Shown here: positions 25,401-39,100 of the stretch, one piece after another | How the letters are laid out: every line of letters begins with the position of its first letter | Position numbering within the stretch: position 1 is the stretch's first letter | DNA from: Orbicella franksi | Taxonomy: Eukaryota | Direction of reading: 5' to 3' | Assembly (NCBI GenBank): GCA_964199315.1 | Contig: OZ116699.1 | Location: forward strand, 27,280,001 to 27,344,000 | Length of the DNA stretch: 64,000 nt | Notes under the pieces: generated by a model | The model's database searches: none | What the model was told of the DNA's origin: nothing | Seen by the model: only the letters and a program-made list of their open reading frames with translations | Position numbers and translations under genes: made by a program

Positions 25401-28400
25401 AATCAATGACTTGCTAAATAAAAGAATTGCTATACATATCACCAAATATGTTGTAAACACTAAGCTAAAACTGAACACAATTTAATAACGCATTAATGAA
25501 CATGTAACTAGGAATAAATGTGATTACTTCTGAAATAAATGATTGCCAAGAATAAATATAGCACTGCATGACTTCATGATGTGGGATTGACAACAAAACT
25601 GAAAAAGTCTAAGCACGCTTTGCTGTGCTCAACTGACAAGCAAAATTAGACAATAATGCACACAAATAGAAAGTATTTTGATCATAACCTGTGCTTGTTC
25701 AAACAGTGCTCTTGTACGTCTTTTAATTTTATCCTCCACAGCAGACCGGAGTGAAGCTTTGATGTCATCTTCATTTAAATTGCTACTTGAGGTGGTTGAC
25801 ATTTCCGTTGTGACCTGGTTAGCTTGAGTTGTGGGAGGAATGCTGGCGGGACCATGGAAAGATGATTGTGTGTTTGGAGGATAAGTTGAGTGATTAGTCA
25901 CTGGGTATGGGGGATTAGATGAACCCATGCTGGCCCCACCATGAGAGGGATAGGGTGGATAAGGGGGTCTGTTACCACCTGTTCCCCCAGGGCTGCTACC
26001 TGCACAAACAGAAACAAAATCAATCAATTACTCAGTCAGTCAATCAATAATAANNNNNNNNNNNNNNNNNNNNNNNNNNNNNNNNNNNNNNNNNNNNNNN
26101 NNNNNNNNNNNNNNNNNNNNNNNNNNNNNNNNNNNNNNNNNNNNNNNNNNNNNNNNNNNNNNNNNNNNNNNNNNNNNNNNNNNNNNNNNNNNNNNNNNNN
26201 NNNNNNNNNNNNNNNNNNNNNNNNNNNNNNNNNNNCAGTCAAAAATAGATCAGACTGTCAGGTCAGTCAGTCAGTCAGTCAGTCAGTCAGTCTGTCTGTC
26301 CTTCTGTCTGCCCATCTGTCTGACCATCTATCCGTTCATTGGTCAGTTAGTGAGTTGGTCAGTCAGCCTATCAATTACTCCAATACCATAACTAGAAAAG
26401 CATATTACCCAGTCTTCAGTACCTCATCATCAGTATGTAGGCAAAGAAATTTTAAATATATTGACAAACACCAAATGTCTTTTTGCACTTGCCTGGCATC
26501 GGCATTTGTGTTGGCATTGGCATTCTTGCAGACCCTCCTACAGGGTAGGGCAGTGACCCAGCTTGATTAGAAGGAGGGTAACCTGGGGGATATTGAGGAG
26601 GGTACCCTGGTTGTTGTGGTCTGTTGTAATTAGAAGGCTGTGGTGGTGTTGGTGTACTCTTTGCATAAACTGGTGATTGTGCTGCAAAAATGCCACAGAG
26701 AATCTGAAGTAAGGCAGCAAGATCAGATCTGGGCTGAAAAAAAAAAAAGAAACAAAAAATGTGCTGTTAGTTACTTTACATGTGCACTGTAAAAAATGTA
26801 CAGTACTTGCCTAAATGAACACTTACAAAAATTAACAAAAAAAAAAAAATGGAAATCTGTGTGGAAATGATGCAACAAAAATGAATAGCAATATGTATAC
26901 AAATGTCCATGTACCTTAGGGGTAAATGTATATTGTCATGATTAATGGATATCAATAAACATTCATTTTGCTATTCAAAAACAAATAGCAATACGTATGC
27001 AAATGTACATGTACCTTGAGGGTAAATGTATATTGTCATGATTAATGGATATCAATAAACATTGATTCATTTTTTAAAATAACTCCAACCATCTTGCAAT
27101 GAGTAACACAAGTTTGGAGTTTATTCTAGGTGTTTATTCTAAGTTTATTCATAGTGTTGTCTTGCATAACATTCACAGAAAAAAGGATGATTCCTGAATG
27201 AATGACTTTCTAAATCCTTGAGAGTTTCAAGTTTCACTTTAAGAGATTAAATTAACTTGCATAAATGCACATTTGATAGTCCACATTGCTTTGTTTCCTG
27301 AAGTTGCATTTATAATTTTTAGCTGGGTGAAACAACAAGAATCAACATACATAATTCCACTCATGTAAAAATGGATGATAAACTCTTCCATTAGTGTCGA
27401 CATGTTGAGATGCCTTGATAGCCATTGTGCTTGTTGGCCTAACAAACACTAGTGGTGGAACATAAGGATGCTTCTCCTGCAACCAGACACACACTGGAAT
27501 ATTGTATGTCACACCTGCAACAAAGAAAAATTTGCTCATTTTATGCACTTGATGCCTGCTGAATAAAGCTACAACTTGGCTATCAAGGCTGAGCTCTGTT
27601 TGCGAAATTTTGTAACCAGCAAAGGTGCAACTCAAAAGCAAACTGTTTCCAAAACCGTTTGTTTACAACATCACATACACCATGTATGTGACATCAAATG
27701 AAACCTGCGATAGAGTGCAGCACAATTCAACATCAGCTGCCTGAGACATTGGACCCCAACTCCCCTCGGTTAAAACAAGATAAAAACGAAAACAAATAAG
27801 AGCGAAGATGTCCGCTTTGCTCCAAGTAAAAGAAAAGAGCAGCTATTGTGTAAAACTCTTAATTCATGAAACATATAAATCCCTTCATTGCAATTTCAGA
27901 GCTACATTGGTGTACCATAATGATTCGATTTAGCATCCTTCTTTCAATAAGCACCCCGTTTCTAATATGTGCTTCTCCTCAAGTATGTTTTTTTGTAGTA
28001 AGCACCCCTATATCAATAAGTGCTGGGCCCTTTAGCACCCCCATAGCAAAAGTGACATTCAAGGCATTGAATGAATAAACTGATTCAACGAATGAATTAT
28101 GAAGTCTGCTTTCTCATCTGAACGTAATATTAACATGTGACTATCAGAGTCTCTGTTGTTACAGTTCTGGAGCGAAAATATCTGTTGTTTTTCCACTTAA
28201 TAAGTATCTCACCACATTCAGACATGTATGATAAAAAAGAAATAAGTGCCCCTTCTCCAATAAGTGCCCTCTCTACAATTACAAAAAGTAACTTAGTGCC
28301 CTGGGCACTAAATTGTAGCATTATGGTAAAGTGTATAGCTAACAAAATACCCAGCTCATATTGTATATATTTGCCACAGTGTAAAATTATGCAACTTAAT

Positions 28401-31400
28401 AACCAGTACAGGTATGACACAGTTTTTGAATCAGTACATTATTTTGTCAAATTGAGTGTTGGTGACCAGATGTTTACATTACTTTCCTACTACATCAATT
28501 ACATTTCTAAATAATACATTACCACATCACTATGTAACTACATTACTACATTGCTGTATTACTACATTACTACACATGACCAGATGTTAAGAACTGATCA
28601 TCAGTGAGTGATTCACCTTTTCTTCCATCAACATTTTAGCTTCAAAGACAAATCAACCTTACTTGTGGATGAAAGATATGATTCATGGACCAGAATACAT
28701 ATAACAAAACAAACCGGCAAATCCTTCAATTGCCAGCAGGATCACCATGTTTGATTCAGCAGCTTCTTTATTAAGAGGTATTACAGATGAACTAAAAAAC
28801 GTGTGTCAGGGCCTGATATGACGACCAAAAATGTGGCAGAGCGCAGAAATGATTCCAATATGTCTGTTGACCGCACAAAGCCTTAGCTTGGTGCAAAAAA
28901 TTGCATAGACATGAAACTAGATAAGGAAGGAGAGGAAACACAGAAAAAGTAACTGAAGCTGCTCAAATTCTTATTGATCATTGTTTTGCAATGTTGTTTT
29001 TATGTGTTCTTTCTTTAAAATTTTACCATCGTATATAAGCTTCTTCATACATAAACTTAGAATTATGTCAAAGGTTGTGTACATCAGGAAAATACTGAAG
29101 AAGACCAAAAATAGTTGAAGAAATGGCGACCAAAAAATTACAATCAAGCAACCAAAATTTTGAGATTAGTCGCCAGTTGACACCTTTACAAAAGTTAATT
29201 TCAAGCCCTGGAAGCCGAGAGAAGAAAAATTTAGCTGACAGATGCAAATGTTGTGTACAATTGAATTATGTGAATAATCTTTCTAGACATTTGAATTAAG
29301 TGACAATGTTTTGTTTACGTATATTTTTTTTAAATTACGGTTTTATAACCTCCAATTGTGGCAACTTACCTTTATACTGTAGATAGTGTGAGAACAATGT
29401 ACAGGAACATGGCATTAAAAAAGATTTTGGCTTTTAATCTTACCTCTGATTACGACTGGAAGTGTTCCATTCAGGGCTAGTAAGTCCACTTCTCGCCCAT
29501 CGTTGTGTGCTGGAGAACAAATCAAGTTTGTTGTTTAAACTCTTACAAGCTATAACTTTAGTCACAAGGGTTGGAAAAATTCATTTTATTTGCATTTTGC
29601 CCCTTCCCACCCCTGTGCAATGTTGACCAAACACAAGTTTGCATTTTGCCATTTTCCAACATTGAAAGGGGGAATGGGGGTGCTACATGTAACACTTGTT
29701 CAGTAGGTATAGTGGTTATGATTTCAGGTTTTTGCGCATTTTCCAACACAATCTGTCCATGGTTGTACTACAGAATGTACATCCTAGTTTATTTAAATAT
29801 TACATGACCATGTGTAACCATGAATTGTACACTACATGATGTATGCTTTTCGCATGTGCTCAACTCATTTGTTTTCTATTCTCTTCTTCTAAGACCCTAC
29901 ACTGTAGCCTGATGACATAATCAATTTACCATTTCTTTATTAGAATTTCCATGTAAGCCTCTGTCTGAATTTGTGAGTATTGTCCACTATATACAAGTAT
30001 GTATAATTGAAACAGTGTATGTTTAGAATTCTCTACAAGATAATTTTTTACAAGATCTTCACTAGAGATTATGTTATAACATATCTGTAGTTCTAGCTGA
30101 TACATAATTTTCCAGCTCTGTAAATGAAGTTCTTTCCATCAGTTTGGTAATCATCAGAACAAAGACACTTGTCTACACTGTAAGTCTACATGATGTGTAT
30201 TTGAAACCTCAGGTTGATTAATTGGAGAAATAAAAGTGGTATTTTTTTGGATGATACGGACTAAGTACGGATGCCTTACTGCTTAGCAATATAAATGTTG
30301 TTGTTAATTTTTGATCTCAGTTTTTGATTTCAACTATAGGTGGTTTGCTTTCTTCTAGTTACTTCACTTTTATTTCAAATAATATTATATTTAATTTATC
30401 CGTGGTTATAGTTATATTATCTACTAGTGATAAATTGAAAAAAAGTTAACTAACTAGATAGAAAAAAACAAGAAAAAAAAAATAACCACATAATTATAAC
30501 TTGACATCAAAAAATCAAAAATTAACTACCGTATTTACTCGTGTATAAGTCGACCTTTTATGACCAAAAAATCATCCCAAAAAATCGCCCTCGACTTATA
30601 CACGAGTCATACACAAAGACCTGACCAAGCAATCCAAGAAATTAGCATAACAATTGCCTGAAGTCCGTCAGGAAAACCGAGTTTACAAAACCAGTTCTAA
30701 TTGTGCTCGAGTTTTGTCAGTTTTCGGCACTTTTCGTCACGAGTAAATACGGTACCATATTGTTAAACAAAATTAATACAACCTGTTCAATAAGTCCTGC
30801 ATGTTTAGCATACCACTCGCATATTGTAAGCTACTGTACCGTTACTTACTATGTGCAACCTTTGTTTCTTCAACCTATTAGGGAGAATGTTGGTTTGGTT
30901 TGCTTCATTCAGTTTTTACTTCCAAGACCTTGAGCCATTAAATACTCCCTTGAAAAGTTATTACAATTTGCTCTACAAGTACTATGCAGATAATTGTTAC
31001 ATTGTAAATGATCAGCTCATAGAACTTCAGCATATCAATATATGCAATCACACTTACTAAACTTTTGCAGTTCTGGTATTAAGTTGGAGTAGTGATGCAG
31101 TGCTCTTGCAACATCTTTGAGACAGAGTTCTGCATGCTGATACTGAAGATCCAAACAAAAATACAAACAAACAAAAAAATGAGAATTCATAAACATGTAA
31201 TTTGTCTGGCTTACATACATATTGGAGGATGATGTAAACGGCTAAAAACTACTATGAAAACTGCTTGGTCAACTGCAAAATTTCATCAAGAATATCACTT
31301 CCTATCATTATATGACATCTCTATTCTAATAAGGATTTGTACTACAATATGCGTTTACATATGCATTGTATTACACGTTCAATACTACACATTTAATATG

Positions 31401-32708
31401 CGTCTATCTTCCAACATTAGCACCTAGAGTACTAAGATTGGTAATGGCAGGGCTTGAAAAAATGCCTCTGGTCATCTGAGACAAGTAGATTTTCTTGCCA
31501 GCCCAGTAACTTTATATCATCACCTGCCCAATGGGCAAGTGCCCAGGCAAGTCATCTGCCAACTAAATAAAAACAAATTTAAAGTAAACTATGACTTGCC
31601 CAGGAGAAGCAAAATTTAAGAGCTGCTTGTCCAAAGGGCAAGCTGGAATTCAAGTTTTTCTTTAGACCTGAACGGCCTGTCTTGTTTTTATTGAAATTCA
31701 CCTTTGTTGACACCATCATCATGGGGTTATTGACTTTCTTCTTACAGCCTCGACAACATGCATTATGCCCAAGTGAGATTGGACAAGCAGGGGTGTAGCA
31801 ACCATATACACACATGTGCATCTGGCAGATATAGTACTACCCAGTGGATTAATATTGACAAAATAAAACATGCTTTCTACTGGAGAATGATTCATCTGGT
31901 GGATACATGTAGCAATAATAAAAGCCTTAAAGCTATTTTTTTTTTTCCTGGTTTGTTTGTTTTTAAGAGTAAATTTGAACCCAAGTGCGATAAAACCAAA
32001 GTTTTTGGTTTGTGTAGTAATACATGTACATGTACATGTATGTGTATAAAGAATCAATCAGTAAGCAAATAATAAATAAATAAATGAATAAAATAAACAA
32101 ATTAACAACAAGAAATAAACTAGCACTGTGTCCCGGGTTAGTGCCCTGCCAACAAATACCAAGCATCCAAATGTTTATTTTACCGTTTGTGATATGCAAA
32201 TCAAATCGCCACAGCATTAACTAAGGACAATTTTGATAAAATTACAAAATCAAGAACGGAATGTCTCAGCAAGTATTCGAAAAATGACCAAAGATATTGA
32301 AACAGTTTATTTAATAAATTGAAGGAGTGAAGATCTGTTATTCTATTCTGAGCTTCTCACAAGATGCTCGACCCTGAGCTTTTCTCGGAACCCAGATGAA
32401 GGAAGAAAGCACCATCGAACACGGTAACGTCATTTGGGTCAGCCGGTTACTTTCTTTGTCGCTTCAGAGGTTCATGAAATATTTCTCACTTCAAGCAAGT
32501 ATTTCACCGTGGTCCCAGAGGTTTACTTCTCTCCTTCTTCACAGCGACTACACATTCACGGTTCTTGATGGATTATCATTGAGAATTTTGGAAGAAAGAA
32601 CGGACAAGGAAAAACCTCTGGGGCTGGTTTTAAGTTCAGCTGCTTCGAAATTTAGACATTGGTACTGACCTTTACGAACTTACTCCTCAACAGCGCATCA
32701 AATGACAT
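22461..32708 (-). CDS. TSG101: Tumor susceptibility gene 101 protein (ESCRT-I Vps23), 443 aa, 10 coding exons
   Basis: Exons 32708-32670, 31142-31058, 29509-29444, 27514-27351, 26733-26493, 25999-25689, 25282-25190, 24493-24357, 23188-23086 and 22553-22461 join in frame. UEV domain (GVTYNIPVCVWLQEKHPYVPPLVFVRPT), Pro-rich region, coiled coil, and steadiness box (ILNLFAEENAVEDTIYYL...HVRTLSRKQFMLRALL). Confidence 0.97.
23290..23500. mobile_element. Fold-back non-autonomous element with a 107-nt hairpin in TSG101 intron 8
   Basis: Perfect 45-bp arms 23315-23359 and 23377-23421, one T/T mismatch, a further 6-bp stem and a GAA loop. Related degenerate copies at 49830-50020. Confidence 0.8.
23620..23810 (+). 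mobile_element. Degenerate tRNA-related SINE (same family as 12445-12660)
   Basis: TTTAACTCAGTTGGTATCTAACACTGCTCCGGTATCG...GTTCGAGTTCCC...TTTTCAGGC aligns by eye to the 12.6-kb copy. Confidence 0.6.
24690..24880 (+). mobile_element. Degenerate SINE fragment (family of 4280-4577)
   Basis: GGGTTGGAGCCCTGGCC...CAAGACA...GATGGACTTACATCCCAGCCAGGGA resembles the B box, central and 3' parts of that SINE. Confidence 0.5.
26030..26300. repeat. (AGTC)n-type microsatellite interrupted by a 182-nt N gap (26054-26235)
   Basis: AGTC/AATC tetramer runs on both sides of the gap, inside TSG101 intron 5. Confidence 0.9.
26884..27070. repeat. Two-copy tandem duplication, period about 100 bp
   Basis: AATAGCAATA...GGTAAATGTATATTGTCATGATTAATGGATATCAATAAACATT occurs from 26884 and again from 26984. 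Confidence 0.85.
28807..29210. mobile_element. hAT-like MITE
   Basis: Inverted ends CAGGGCCTGATAT and ATTTCAAGCCCTG; no intact 8-bp target duplication. Confidence 0.5.
30527..30900 (+). mobile_element. Truncated Tc1/pogo-like non-autonomous element
   Basis: Starts TACCGTATTTACTCGTGTATAAGTCGAC with an inverted internal copy (TCGACTTATACACGAGT); right end not defined. Confidence 0.45.
31448..31670. mobile_element. hAT-like MITE
   Basis: CAGGGCTTGAAAA left end, degenerate TTTAGACCTG right end and repeated GGGCAAG subterminal motifs. Confidence 0.5.
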
Positions 32709-33477
32709 TTTTAACTTCAGCAAGCCGACTTAGAAGGCATTGGTTAAGGACGATATACTCTACAGCAAACACCCATGGTAAATTACATTTAGCTTCGTCG
32801 ACTGTCACATACCATTCTTCATGTATGTGACACCAATGCCACACATACTCATCTGGCTCCCAGATCGCCCTGCATGCTGATGACGGTTATCGTTATTTTT
32901 AGTGTCATACATCACGTAATGTCATGTCCTCAGGTCACATCACTACTATTCTTGATCATCTTTGATCTTTTTTCAGCAAATTAAATACTCTTAAATAAGG
33001 CTATTACAAATTCTGCAACATATATTCGAGTGAGTTGCAGACTACCCCATGCTAGAAGAAAAAGAAAAAACAACAAGCTTTATAATAACCAAATTTTCGT
33101 GCCCATTTGAAATTGTATAAATCTATAGGCCTCAAATTAAATTCTGTTTATATTTCAGACCTTCAGACCGGAGCGTTGAAGTATAACTTAGGCTCAGTTG
33201 CGTTTGACACTGTTCATGTTTTTGTTCGAACTTCTTTCAACTTCTTTCTTCTACTTTCCCTGAACACTCACAGTGCAGAGCTAGAGGGCGTCTTTGCAGT
33301 TGTGAGCCGGCAAGAGTCTGGGGACGAGTGGCTAAGATTCCTGTTTCGGTTTGTGTGCAGTCTTATTTTAACAATTACGCACCATCATGGACCTTCTTAA
33401 TCTCTCATTTTAATCACAGATAGTCACGTTACTTAAAGAGCGTCACTGTTGATGTGAACTTAACATATTTTCGAGAC
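32709..33477. promoter_or_regulatory. Divergent (probably bidirectional) promoter region between TSG101 and TBC1D15
   Basis: The two start codons point away from each other, 769 bp apart; both transcription starts must lie in or near this interval. Confidence 0.7.
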
Positions 33478-36125
33478 ATGGCGGCTGCAAGTTCTGCGTC
33501 CTGTGAACGGCAACCTGTACAGACAGCAGTAGATGAAGACAAGGTCAGTGACTTGTAAAGCTTGTAACACTCTGGTACAATCGGCAGCCATAACAGATCA
33601 TAAGAGTTCTTTGGAACAATTATACATTCAAGTATGGTAAAATGTGATCATAAATGTGGTTTGTGGATCGTATTCAGGTAGTTTACATTCAGGATGGTGT
33701 GTTTGTTCACACTGCTGTGTCCATCGCCACACAAAGTGCAAACATCATCCCTGGAAGAGTCACGATTATCGAAAAGGTAAGTCTTAAATGACGAATTTTC
33801 TGAAAAAATACGTAGATCGGTTAATGGCACTGTTTTAGAGGAAAAAAATATACCAAAGGGTCCACATTGAGGGAAACTGCATCCATCTTTCTAATGTGGT
33901 GGGGAACCTGAGCGTGTCACAGCCATCTTGCATGTGTCAAGAAAAAGTAGGCCCTTTGCACGATCCGGTCACTTAATTATGCTGGGACACAAGTTACACA
34001 GTGGGACTTTCAAAACAAAAGAAAGTTGGGTTGGACTGGTATGAGTTCCTTTGTTTTGGAAGTCCTACTGTGTAACTTGCATCCCAGCATAATTAATTCT
34101 GTACCATGTGACCTGATTGCACAAAGGGCCTATTTAATTGATGTACTTCATTACTGCGCTTTTCAATAACATGTGGACTATAAAATTCAAAGGTCAACTG
34201 ACAAATACGTTTTTCGCTACTGTCAATCAAATGTTTGGCGGCTCCTCCCAGCTTCCAACTACTGCCAAGCACTGTTTTGTTGTCTGCACTGCGCTCAACG
34301 ATTTGATTACCGTGTGCTCAGCAATAGTCGGAAGCTGGGAGGAGCTACCGAACATTTGATCGATGGTAGTGAAAAAACGCATTCATCAGTTGAGCTTTGA
34401 ATTTTAGAGTCCACATGTTATTGAAAAGTGCAGTAATTGCCTTTATATGCATGGTGCTTTGTGGGTAGAGGCTATGTCATACCTGCCATCTCTCATGCCT
34501 TAAGGCCTGGCTAAACTAGGAAACATTGCTACATAAACATTGTTGCGGAGGCAAATGTTTCCCAGTTTAGCTGTGTGGGAAACATATGTGGCAGAAACAA
34601 ATTTTGCTGCTCAGAAACAAAAAGATGTTTTTGCCTCAAGTCAAAAAACATTTTTGCTTCCCGGATACAAATTTTGCTTCTGAAACATATGTTTCCCAGT
34701 TTAGCCACCATAAAAACAATATTGACTAGGTTCCAGTGCTACTCGTTAAAAATGTTTCCCAGCAACGGCGAGCATATGTCAATGACTCATTGCGAGGTTA
34801 AAGTAGAAGAGCCACAAGCATGTCACAGAAAAGGGAAGGGAAAGAAGGAAAAGAATTGGAAGAACGAGGAGAGGGAGTTACTTATTGCCTTGTATGAGGA
34901 CAGAGTCTGTTTGTGGGATGTAGCTCGTGAAGACTGCACAGATGTCAGAGAAATATGATATCACAGTGGACTATTACAAAAGCAAATGGAAAATTCAGAG
35001 ATCGCAATTTATGAGGGAACAAGCCCTGGAACAAAAAGGAAGTCTCCCCAGACTTCTTTGAAAGTCTGTTTTTTTTTATAACTCGCTGCATGACCCTTTG
35101 TTTTCTAAAACAATGTTTCCTTGTTTAGCCACCAGGGCAGCAACACATTTTGTTTGCTTCCCACTAATTTAGCCAGCCCAGAGACATAACAAGAAACAAT
35201 GTTTCTGTAACAATGTTTCCCGGTTTAGCCAGGCCTTTAGGCCCTGTTAAAAGGCAGGTAGGGTAACCCAAGTGCTTGGGTTACCAAGCTTTGGTTACAA
35301 AATTCTGAACATTGTAACAGTGTGATTTAATATTGCCCAGTGGCTTTGGAAGTTTTGTTTGCTTTTGTGATAAATCATTTAAAAATGCTTGAGTGATACG
35401 TTAAAACAGTAAAAGTGATACTGAAAAGATCAAAAGTTGTAAATCAGCAAGATGAGTGATTGAGGATTCTTTATACCCATTTTCATTAATTCAGCAAAAT
35501 GGCAGTTTTGTGGATTGGTCGCCTGTTGTTAATGAAGAAGAAGAATTTGAACTTGAGTCAAGTGACTATTCTGAGTGGGACCTTGTGACTCAAAGCAAAG
35601 AGCAAGGTATGTGTATTTTATTATGCATCTGGATTCCTTTCTAATTTTAATATTTTAATTACTACGATTATCAGTTGAGTAAGGCAGTAGGGAAGTTTGG
35701 TTACGAAGTTTTGGCCCTAAAATTATGGTGTTGTCACGGACAACTTACCTCATTTCCATTGGTAACAATATCAATGGCCGTGCATCGCCTGTCGTGTCGC
35801 CTACAATTTCATGCGCTTTGCTGCCAATGACGTCAAAGGCCGACAAGTTGCCAGTGGATACGGAGCCAGTCGCTCGTGACAACAACAAGATTTTTACGTT
35901 AAAACTTGGTGACCAAACTTTCGTCCCGCCTTACTCAACTGATAATTGTAGTATATAAACAGCAGTGTTATAATCAAAGGCATGCTACAGCATGAGCACT
36001 GTATTCATATCGATCTGCTATTGAATTACTATCAAGATGAATCAGATCATGCAGCTCCAGCACTAATGCCTCCTTTCAGAGAATTCTCCATCATATCTAA
36101 TTAACAATAATAATACGTGAGGACG

Positions 36126-36159
<34 letters not shown>

Positions 36160-39100
36160 TAGGTCATGCTAGCTAGTTATGCAACACGTTTGAGTGGTAG
36201 TTATCCTTAGTTTTTGTTTCGATTGAGAAGATATATCAAATACTGAGACAGTGTTTCATCTGCTATCCAAACACCTCTAATCTCGTCAAAAATACTCTGC
36301 TGCATGTTATATTTTCAACTGTATCTCTTCTTGGTGTTTGGATATCTCAATGAAACACTATACTGTCTCTCGTGTTTGATATATTACTTCAAGATCATGT
36401 ATGATTTAATTCATGGGAAGAGTAAAAGAAGAATATTCATGACTTACAGTGTATGATTGATCTGAAGCTAATTTAGACTGACATGCATAATCCCATATTT
36501 CTCGAAATGCTTTAGATATTCAGAAAACTTTTAGCAATTATGTGTTTGTTTTTCTAGAGCATGTATGTAGGTGCAGTATGTGCTATGAAATAAAACCCTT
36601 GTCTGAATGCTTTTTTACAGGTGCAAGTGCTCATAAGAAGAAAAGAAGGTCCAAATATGCCATTCATTTCAACACAGCAGACTTGCACTCCATCAGACGC
36701 TCAGACCCTAAGCTGACCTGGTCTTATGCTGTATTTATTTTAAAAGATGGCAACACTCTGCCAGCCCTTCATTTTCACTCTGGGGGCATAAGTGAAATGA
36801 TCCGCCGACTGCAGAGATACATCTGGCTAACAAAGTGAGTGGCCATTTCATCACAAGGTTCTGGGCAACTAGTTTGAAATCGTTTTGAACTAACATTCAT
36901 TTTAAACTACAACATAGTACATGTATGTACTTGTATCTGCTTTTAATGTGGTATTTTGTGTTTGCCTTTCTCATCAGATCACCCTACAACACTAAGTTAT
37001 TTGTCGTGGCAGAGGAACACAGTGCATTAAAGCAGTCGCTTGATCAACTTAATTTGTTCTCTGAAGACAATCCACCTTCTGCAGCTCCTGTAAGAATACC
37101 TTCAGTGTTTGAAATTTAGAGTCTCTTTTAAAATGCTGTAAACAATACCTTTTCTAATAAGAGAAGATTTAGATAAACATTTCAGAATGCTCTCTTGAGG
37201 ATGGAGAAATTTTGTTCATTATTAATTTCACTAGTTTTAATTCTAAAATACATTTTGTGTAACTTTTGTGACGTTACACTGTAGCTGACAGTACAACAAT
37301 AAACATTCCCTCTGTTAATTCTTTCACTAGCCTTTTGATCAACGTTAAATACTGGTTACACCTGTCTAGAAATTTAGAGTGGAAATATACATGTAGTGTT
37401 AATATGTACAGTGTATTTTGTACAGCACAGTGTATGACACTTTGCATGGCATAGAAAGGATGCTTTGTCTGAAGTCAGGTGTTATGTTCCAAATGTGCTT
37501 GCATTACTTTTATGCAGAACTATATGTGTCAGTCTTGCAATTGTAAATAGGACAAATAAGTATGCACACACCGGAGCAATCAAATGTGCCATGTACCGGT
37601 ACTTGACTATACTTGTCACTGTTTCTGTTTAAAATCGAATTCAGTAGTGTAGTCTCATAAGAAATACTGAGATGAAATCCTACAATTTACATTTTGTATT
37701 TTGTCAAGAAAATTGATAAGAGTTATGTACAATAAATACACTTCCCCATGATCATTTTACAGTCTCGTACTAACTACTTCATTGATTAAAAAAAATGAAT
37801 TTGCATTGTACTACTGATCAATAACCTTTTGTAATTGCTTGTGATTGATTCGTAGTGGCAAAGATTCATTCACAGTGCATATTATGATGGCATGGACGCT
37901 TTGTCAAAAGTGACACGGTATGTTCGAGATGTGTATGAAGGCTTACAGCAGGGAACAGAAAACCCTCAAGGAGATGACCAGCTGGGTAGCAGTCAGAAGA
38001 GAGAAGCAGAGTTTGAAGACCTTGGAGATGTTTCATGTACTAACCACTCTGCTGCATCAGTACCAAATAAGGTACCAAGTTTGTAATATTTACACGTACT
38101 TAAAATGGCTTGCTCCGTAAGTGGGCAAGATGAACTGAATCCTGTGCTGTGATTGACTACCTGAGCGGGCAAGATGGTGTTATCCTACCTGCTCGGAATT
38201 ACCCGTTGGGTCCGACAAGAAAATAGCATTCAGACTTTTCCATAATAATGAATCCTTTAATTGACCAAGCGTGTTTAGTCAAGATGGCTAGATATTGGCC
38301 TCCTTCATGTTTTGAGTGTTTATGGTACTTGGCTGTCTTGGTCCATAAACACACAAAAAAGAACTTGGCCAATATTCAGCAGTCTTGTTCTCATGCTTGG
38401 TTAATGACCCTTATTTACACCTAGTGCTTTTTGAGCCCTTGCACTTAACTCCAGTTTCTGTGCCATGACTGGTACGTCCACAGGATGGGTTGGTGCCCCC
38501 ATCAGAGGGCACTCCCCACCATTATATCAAGTTGCCCAGATAATTTACCCCTTTATACTTTGCAGGAGGTAACTGGTGGCCTAATGGTTAGTGCACGCTG
38601 GATTCTGGATTGAGCGATCTGGGTTCGAGCCTTGGTCAGGTTCATCTCTACCCAGATGTATAAATTAATGAGTACTGGCAAAGTCAATGTTGGGGTAACC
38701 TTTGTTATGGTCTAGCATCCCATCCAAGGGGTAGTAGTCCTGGCTGAAATCATTGTCTTGTGGTCATGGACAAGACATTTTACTTTGTTCTTTCACAGCA
38801 CTTGCTCCCCTCAGCGTACAAATTGTTCCAAATTGAATTTCTTGCTAAAATAAACTCAAGGTATTAGAGTACCGTAATTAGCCTGTTTTATCTGCTTAAG
38901 GATCATTTTGTGATATTTTGTACATAATTTTATGTCTGCAGCGAGATCTTGGTGAATTTCCAGAAGTAGCACGTGGTGAACCCATGCGACTGAATGAATG
39001 GCAGTCATTCTTGGATGATGCAGGACGAGTCACTGATGTCAAGAAGCTACATGACAGAATTTTCCGAGGGGTATGTGCTGTTTTCTAATCTTCTATCATA

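Noticed and set aside
25941-26570. 209-aa ORF and other ORFs spanning N runs (also 56159-56404)
   Set aside because: Artefacts of translating through assembly gaps and microsatellites.
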